The translations under genes were made by a program, and so were the position numbers. Shown in pieces: positions 59,700 through 64,000 of a stretch of DNA of 64,000 nucleotides. Below the pieces are notes generated by a model that saw nothing but the letters and a program-made list of their open reading frames with translations, made no database searches and was not told where the DNA came from. The stretch comes from an uncultured Actinomycetota bacterium (GTDB lineage: Bacteria; Actinomycetota; UBA4738; HRBIN12), in contig CAVVAK010000006.1 in the NCBI GenBank assembly GCA_963746335.1, positions 77,657 through 141,656 on the forward strand. Reading direction: 5' to 3'. Each line of letters begins with the position of its first letter. Position 1 is the first letter of the stretch.

Positions 59700-60890
59700 C
59701 TAGCTCCTCCGAAGGACGAGGGCGTCGCCCTGCCCACCGCCGCCGCAGATCGCCGCACCACCGAGATCGACACCCCGACGCCGCATCTCCATCACGAGCG
59801 TCAACACGATCCGCGCGCCCGACGCCCCGATCGGATGTCCGAGCGCGACCGCTCCCCCGTTCACGTTCACGATGTTCTCATCGGCACCGAGCATCCGCGT
59901 GGAATGGATCGGGACCGCGGCGAACGCCTCGTTGATCTCGATGAGACCGAGATCCGACGCCGCCAGGCCGGACCTCTTGAGCCCCTGCTCGAGGGCCATC
60001 GCGGGAACCGTGTGCAGCGACGGATAGCGGTCGGAGGACATCCCGTAGGCGACGATCTCGGCGAGCGGCGTGGCCCCGAGCTCCTCCGCTCGCTCGACGC
60101 TCATCACGACGACCGCGCACGCGCCGTCGGAGATCTGCGAGGCGTTGCCCGCCGTGATCGTGCCGTCCGGCCGGAACGCGGGCTTCAGCCCGGCCAGCGT
60201 CGCAGACGTCGTCTCGGGACGGATCCCCTCGTCTCGATCGACCAGCGCGACGGCGCCCTTCCGGTCCGAGACCTCGATCGACACGACCTCGTCGGCCATG
60301 CGGCCTGACTCCCACGCGGCGTGGGCCCGCTGGTGCGATCGCGCCGCCCACGCGTCCTGTTCCTCGCGGCCGAGCCCCAGCTCCGCGCTGACATCGTCGG
60401 TGCTCTCGCCCATGTGCTGTTCCAGGAACGACGACCAGAGGCCGTCGTGGATCATCGAGTCGATCAGCTCGGCATCCCCAAGCCGTGAGCCCTCCCGGCC
60501 CTTGGGCAGGACGTACGGGGCGTTGGTCATCGACTCCATCCCGCCGGCGACGGCGACCTCGATCTCTCCGGCTCGGATCATCTGGTCCGCCATCGCGATC
60601 GCCGCCATCCCGGACAGGCAGACCTTGTTGATCGTGATCGCGGGGACATCCTTGGGCAGGCCGGCGCCGATCGACGCCTGGAGCGAGGTGATCTGCCCGG
60701 CGCCGGCCTGGAGCACATGACCGACGATCGCATAGTCGACCTGCTCGCCCTCGATGCCCGCACACTCGACGGCGGCCCTGATCGCATGCGCCCCCAGCTC
60801 GACCGCCGTGAGCTTCGAGAGGGCGCCCCGGAACTTCCCGGTCGGTGTCCGGGCACCGGCGACGATCACGGAACGGGTGGACGAGCTCAC
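59700..60890 (-). CDS. Acetyl-CoA C-acetyltransferase (thiolase II)
   Basis: 396 aa. INKVCLSGMAAI (Cys nucleophile), NVNGGAVALGHPIGASGARI and CGGGGQGDA. Confidence 0.95.
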   Translation of the reverse strand: MSSSTRSVIVAGARTPTGKFRGALSKLTAVELGAHAIRAAVECAGIEGEQVDYAIVGHVLQAGAGQITSLQASIGAGLPKDVPAITINKVCLSGMAAIAMADQMIRAGEIEVAVAGGMESMTNAPYVLPKGREGSRLGDAELIDSMIHDGLWSSFLEQHMGESTDDVSAELGLGREEQDAWAARSHQRAHAAWESGRMADEVVSIEVSDRKGAVALVDRDEGIRPETTSATLAGLKPAFRPDGTITAGNASQISDGACAVVVMSVERAEELGATPLAEIVAYGMSSDRYPSLHTVPAMALEQGLKRSGLAASDLGLIEINEAFAAVPIHSTRMLGADENIVNVNGGAVALGHPIGASGARIVLTLVMEMRRRGVDLGGAAICGGGGQGDALVLRRS

Positions 60891-60933
60891 GGATCGAGTC
60901 TACGGCTGCCGATCGGTGAGGCGGTTGGACGGA

Positions 60934-62757
60934 TCAGCTCCGGGCTGCGACCGCTCCCTGGATCACCTCGAGGATCTCCTCACGGATGAGCTCGTCACGA
61001 TCCACGAGCGCCTGCGCGAGCGCCGCGTGGACGTCACGGTTCTCCGCGAGCACCTCCAGGACGCGTTCCTTCTGCGCCGTGAGGATGTCCTCCACGCTCT
61101 GCTTGCCGCGCTCGTCGGCCAGCACCTTCGCCACGAGGTTCGCGCCCCCGATCGGGCCGTGGGAGACCGCATCGAAGGAGATCAGGGACCCGGCCATCCC
61201 GAACGAGCCCACCATCTGCGCGGCCAGCTGCGTGGCCACCATCAGGTCGCTCGCCGGGCCCGTGCCGGACTCACCGAGGACGAGCTCCTCCGCCGCGAGA
61301 CCGCCGAGCGCGATCGCGATCCCGGACTCGATCTCGGTGCGATTCCTCGTGAATCGCTCCTCCTCGTCGCCGTGGGCAAGCAGGCCGAGCGATCCTCGCC
61401 GCTTGATGATCGACAGCACCTCGAGCCGGCGGTTCTGTCCCAGGAAGTGCGCGACCGTGGCGTGTCCCGCCTCGTGCACCGCCACGGCGCGACGGTCGTT
61501 CGCGGTGTAGGTGACGGCCTGCTTCAGGCCGATCTCCTCGGTGAACTTCGCCTCCATCACGTCGGCGAAGTTCATCTCCCGGCGACCCTCGCGGAGTGCG
61601 ACCAACAGCGACTCGTCGAAGAGATGCTCGATCATGACCGGCGTGTATGCGAAGCACTCGTGTGCGATCCGCGTCCGGACCGACGGGTCGTCGAGCTGCT
61701 CGTGGTGCTTCTTCCGCTCGAGGAAGTAGTCCACCAGGTCTTCCCGCTCGCTCTGCGTCGGGACGTCGAAGTACAAGCGCCGATCGAAGCGACCGGGTCG
61801 CATGAGCGCGGTATCGAGCGAGTCCGCACGGTTCGTGGCCGCGATCAGCAGGATGTTGTGGTACTCGGGCCCGATCATCTTCAACTGCCAGCTTCCTGGG
61901 AGATAGCCGTTCAGCCACCCGAGCAACTTGCCCCAGATCCGGGTACGGACGCGTGGCTGATCGAACGACTGCATCTGGATCAGGAGCTCGTTGACCATCC
62001 CACCCGTGCTCGAGTTCATGAACCGATTCACCGAGCGCTCGATGCCGTCCGGGGACGATGCGCTCACGCCGTCCCGCGACTGCGCGATCGCATCGATCTC
62101 CTCGATGAAGCCGATCGCGCCCCCTTCCTTGCGCGCGGCCTTGCGGAGTGCCTTGAAGAATGAACGGATGCGATACGCGGTCATCCCGAACCACATCGAC
62201 TGCAGGGCAGTCGCCGAGATGAACAGGAACGGAACGCCCGCCTGCTTGGCCATCGCCTTCGCCAGATAGGTCTTGCCGGTCCCCGGCGGTCCTTCGAAGA
62301 GGATCCCGCGCCGGGGGGTGCCTCCGAGCTCGTTCCGGAAGGTCCCGTAGCCGAGGAACACGTCGAGCGTTCGCTGGACCTCGTCGACCTGCGTGTCGAG
62401 GCCCTTCAGCTCCGACAACCCCACCTCGACCTGTTCGGGGTACACGGTGATGTGCGGGGAACGGCCCGAGAGGAGCGGCATCGCAACCATGAGCCCGATC
62501 GCGACGATGAGGAGCATCGCCGGCAGGTAGATCTCCCACGGGAAGCTGTCGGGGATGGTCGGGAGCTGGACCGGCCGACCTGTCGAATAGCGCCACCAGA
62601 GGTAGGCGTCCAGACTGCAGATCACCAGGATCGCGCGGATCTGTCGCTTCCGCTTGGTGCGAGCCCGCTGGCGGAAGACGTCGGCTCGGCCCGTACGGAG
62701 CGCGGTCGAGCCGGAGAGGAGGGCTGCAGCCGTCGCGCTGTGGTTCTTGTCGGTCAC
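60934..62757 (-). CDS. Atypical FtsH-family AAA+ zinc metalloprotease paralog
   Basis: GTG at 62757 lies 5 nt after GGAGG. Two TM helices with a very short loop, Walker A GPPGTGKT, Walker B FIEEIDAI, SRH ATNRADSLDTALMRPGRFDR and HEXXH VHEAGHATVAH. There is an extra ~35-aa insert between Walker B and the SRH. Confidence 0.85.
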   Translation of the reverse strand: MTDKNHSATAAALLSGSTALRTGRADVFRQRARTKRKRQIRAILVICSLDAYLWWRYSTGRPVQLPTIPDSFPWEIYLPAMLLIVAIGLMVAMPLLSGRSPHITVYPEQVEVGLSELKGLDTQVDEVQRTLDVFLGYGTFRNELGGTPRRGILFEGPPGTGKTYLAKAMAKQAGVPFLFISATALQSMWFGMTAYRIRSFFKALRKAARKEGGAIGFIEEIDAIAQSRDGVSASSPDGIERSVNRFMNSSTGGMVNELLIQMQSFDQPRVRTRIWGKLLGWLNGYLPGSWQLKMIGPEYHNILLIAATNRADSLDTALMRPGRFDRRLYFDVPTQSEREDLVDYFLERKKHHEQLDDPSVRTRIAHECFAYTPVMIEHLFDESLLVALREGRREMNFADVMEAKFTEEIGLKQAVTYTANDRRAVAVHEAGHATVAHFLGQNRRLEVLSIIKRRGSLGLLAHGDEEERFTRNRTEIESGIAIALGGLAAEELVLGESGTGPASDLMVATQLAAQMVGSFGMAGSLISFDAVSHGPIGGANLVAKVLADERGKQSVEDILTAQKERVLEVLAENRDVHAALAQALVDRDELIREEILEVIQGAVAARS

Positions 62758-62890
62758 CGGTACCTCCGAGATGAGCGGTCCTGGTGGGGTTCTGGCCTTC
62801 CGTACGGACGCTATACCCTTCCCCCTCCCCCGTGAATCCGACCTTCGGCCCCATCTGGGGGATGGTGCCTCTCCGCCGAAAGTCTCATAC

Positions 62891-63286
62891 ATGGTTCGAT
62901 ATCGTGCGGCCGTGGCTCGCACGAAACAGCCTCCCAAGAGCGACGAGGACCGGCGGGTCGTCGGCGGCTTGCTGCGTGAACTGCGGAAGGCAGCCGGATA
63001 CCGGTCCGTGGAGGGGGCGGCGGCCGTCGCAGGGGCTCCTTCCTCCCGGCAGACGATCTACGCATACGAGCGAGGGGGGCTGACCCCGTCGCTCGCTCAG
63101 TTCCTCGACCTCGTGGAGTTCTACGTGCTCCGAGCCCCGCATCTCGACGGCGCCAAGCCCGAGGACGACCTCCGGACCCAGGGCGTGGCTGCCGTCACGA
63201 GGGTCCTGACCCTGCCGCTGTATCACGTCGCCGCCGCCCAGGACCTGGTCGCGCGCATGCAGCCGGGCACGCGGAGGAAACGGTGA
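62891..63286 (+). CDS. XRE-family helix-turn-helix transcriptional regulator
   Basis: The in-frame ATG at 62891 gives a 131-aa protein. HTH region LLRELRKAAGYRSVEGAAAVAGAPSSRQTIYAYERGGLTPSLAQFLDL. Confidence 0.7.
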   Translation: MVRYRAAVARTKQPPKSDEDRRVVGGLLRELRKAAGYRSVEGAAAVAGAPSSRQTIYAYERGGLTPSLAQFLDLVEFYVLRAPHLDGAKPEDDLRTQGVAAVTRVLTLPLYHVAAAQDLVARMQPGTRRKR

Positions 63287-63684
63287 TCGTCGACATCGAC
63301 CACATCGGGATCGCCGTGGAGGATCTGGACGAGGCCGTCGAGCACTACGGGCGCACGCTGGGGGTGGAGCCCACCCATCGAGAGCGGGTCGAGGATCAGG
63401 GCGTCGAGGAGGTCCTGTTCTCGGTCGGGACCTCGTTCATCCAGCTCGTCGGGGCGCTCGGACCGGACACGCCCGTCGGTGTGTTCCTCGCGAAGCGCGG
63501 CCCCGGCGTGCATCACGTCGCGTATCGCGTGGACGACGTAACGGCGTCGCTGGCTCGCCTCCGGGACGAGGGCGTTCGTCTCGTGGACGAGACGCCGAGG
63601 CGCGGCTCGCGCGACACGTTGATCGCGTTCGTCCATCCGAGCGATATGGGCGGCGTCCTCGTCGAGCTGGTGCAGGGTCCCTGA
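63283..63684 (+). CDS. Methylmalonyl-CoA epimerase (VOC/glyoxalase fold)
   Basis: 133 aa. IDHIGIAVEDLDEAVEHY...GPGVHHVAYRVDD...AFVHPSDMGGVLVELVQ. GTGA overlap with the XRE gene. Confidence 0.88.
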   Translation: MIVDIDHIGIAVEDLDEAVEHYGRTLGVEPTHRERVEDQGVEEVLFSVGTSFIQLVGALGPDTPVGVFLAKRGPGVHHVAYRVDDVTASLARLRDEGVRLVDETPRRGSRDTLIAFVHPSDMGGVLVELVQGP

Positions 63685-63696
63685 TCGACCGCGCCG

Positions 63697-64000
63697 TCAC
63701 CCCGGACCCGTCAGACCGGGCGCGGGGGCGTTGATGAGCACGGCGACGTTGCCCTCCGGGAGCTTCCCGTCGGCCATGAGCTGATGTGCCTGGCCGGCCT
63801 CCTGGTACGGGTAGGTGTGTCCCAGGGTCGTCCTGATCTTGTCCTCTCGCACGAGGTCGTTGAACGCAGCCGCCTGTTCGTCGTTGAACAGGTGGGAACC
63901 CTGGTAGCGCTTCTGCAGGTACCAGAGGTAGCGCACGTCGATCATCGTGTCGTAGCCCGTGGTGCCCGCGCAGATCACGATCATGCCCCCCCGATCGCAC
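63697..64000 (-). CDS. ccr: Crotonyl-CoA carboxylase/reductase (C-terminal ~100 aa; 5' part lies outside the window)
   Basis: GGMIVICAGTTGYDTMIDVRYLWYLQKRYQGSHLFNDEQAAAFNDLV...GNVAVLINAP matches the Ccr C-terminus as I remember it. Confidence 0.8.
   Translation of the reverse strand, partial: CDRGGMIVICAGTTGYDTMIDVRYLWYLQKRYQGSHLFNDEQAAAFNDLVREDKIRTTLGHTYPYQEAGQAHQLMADGKLPEGNVAVLINAPAPGLTGPG

Overview
This is a very GC-rich, gene-dense chromosomal window: nearly every third codon position is G/C, and many long antisense shadow ORFs appear in the track. Gene order looks like core Actinomycetota synteny. I found no rRNA, tRNA, CRISPR array, integrase or transposase. Blocks from left to right: (1) ftsX-ftsE, a YfhO-like membrane protein, prfB (which needs a +1 frameshift), two small paralogous membrane proteins, secA, an MFS transporter, an AlsS-like ThDP enzyme, a nitroreductase, DinB, a NarL-type response regulator, a short hpf and comFC. 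(2) The conserved ahcY / punA / SIS-isomerase / Trm112 / pmm / DUF3499 / L,D-transpeptidase / DUF5719-like / giant GT2 / whiB neighbourhood, with an inserted histone-H1-like repeat protein. (3) The F420 genes fbiC, fbiA and fbiB. (4) A purine permease, two tandem DUF3105 genes and a SpoIID/LGFP protein. (5) A roughly 13 kb ABC-transporter-dependent cell-wall glycan cluster: manC, an ArnE-like protein, wzt, wzm, five GT4 genes, a coiled-coil methyltransferase plus a truncated paralog, and an LCP ligase. It is followed by a degenerate REC-GGDEF protein and an ECF sigma/anti-sigma pair. (6) acnA, a thioesterase, a lipoprotein, a 976-aa coiled-coil pseudo-histidine-kinase, a thiolase, an atypical FtsH paralog, and XRE-epimerase-ccr (ethylmalonyl-CoA genes). 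No obvious defence or toxin system is present. The most unusual items are listed here. (a) A 14-bp perfect inverted repeat brackets 227 nt in the comFC-hpf spacer and may be a structured leader or a MITE. (b) Two small membrane proteins share a C-terminal VNGxxCxQC tail. (c) The methyltransferase N-terminal module is duplicated inside the glycan cluster. (d) A GGDEF protein has lost its active site but keeps the I-site. (e) The coiled-coil kinase-like protein has a degenerate catalytic core. (f) The FtsH paralog carries an insertion in its AAA module. All functional calls rest on motif recognition by eye; no database search was run.
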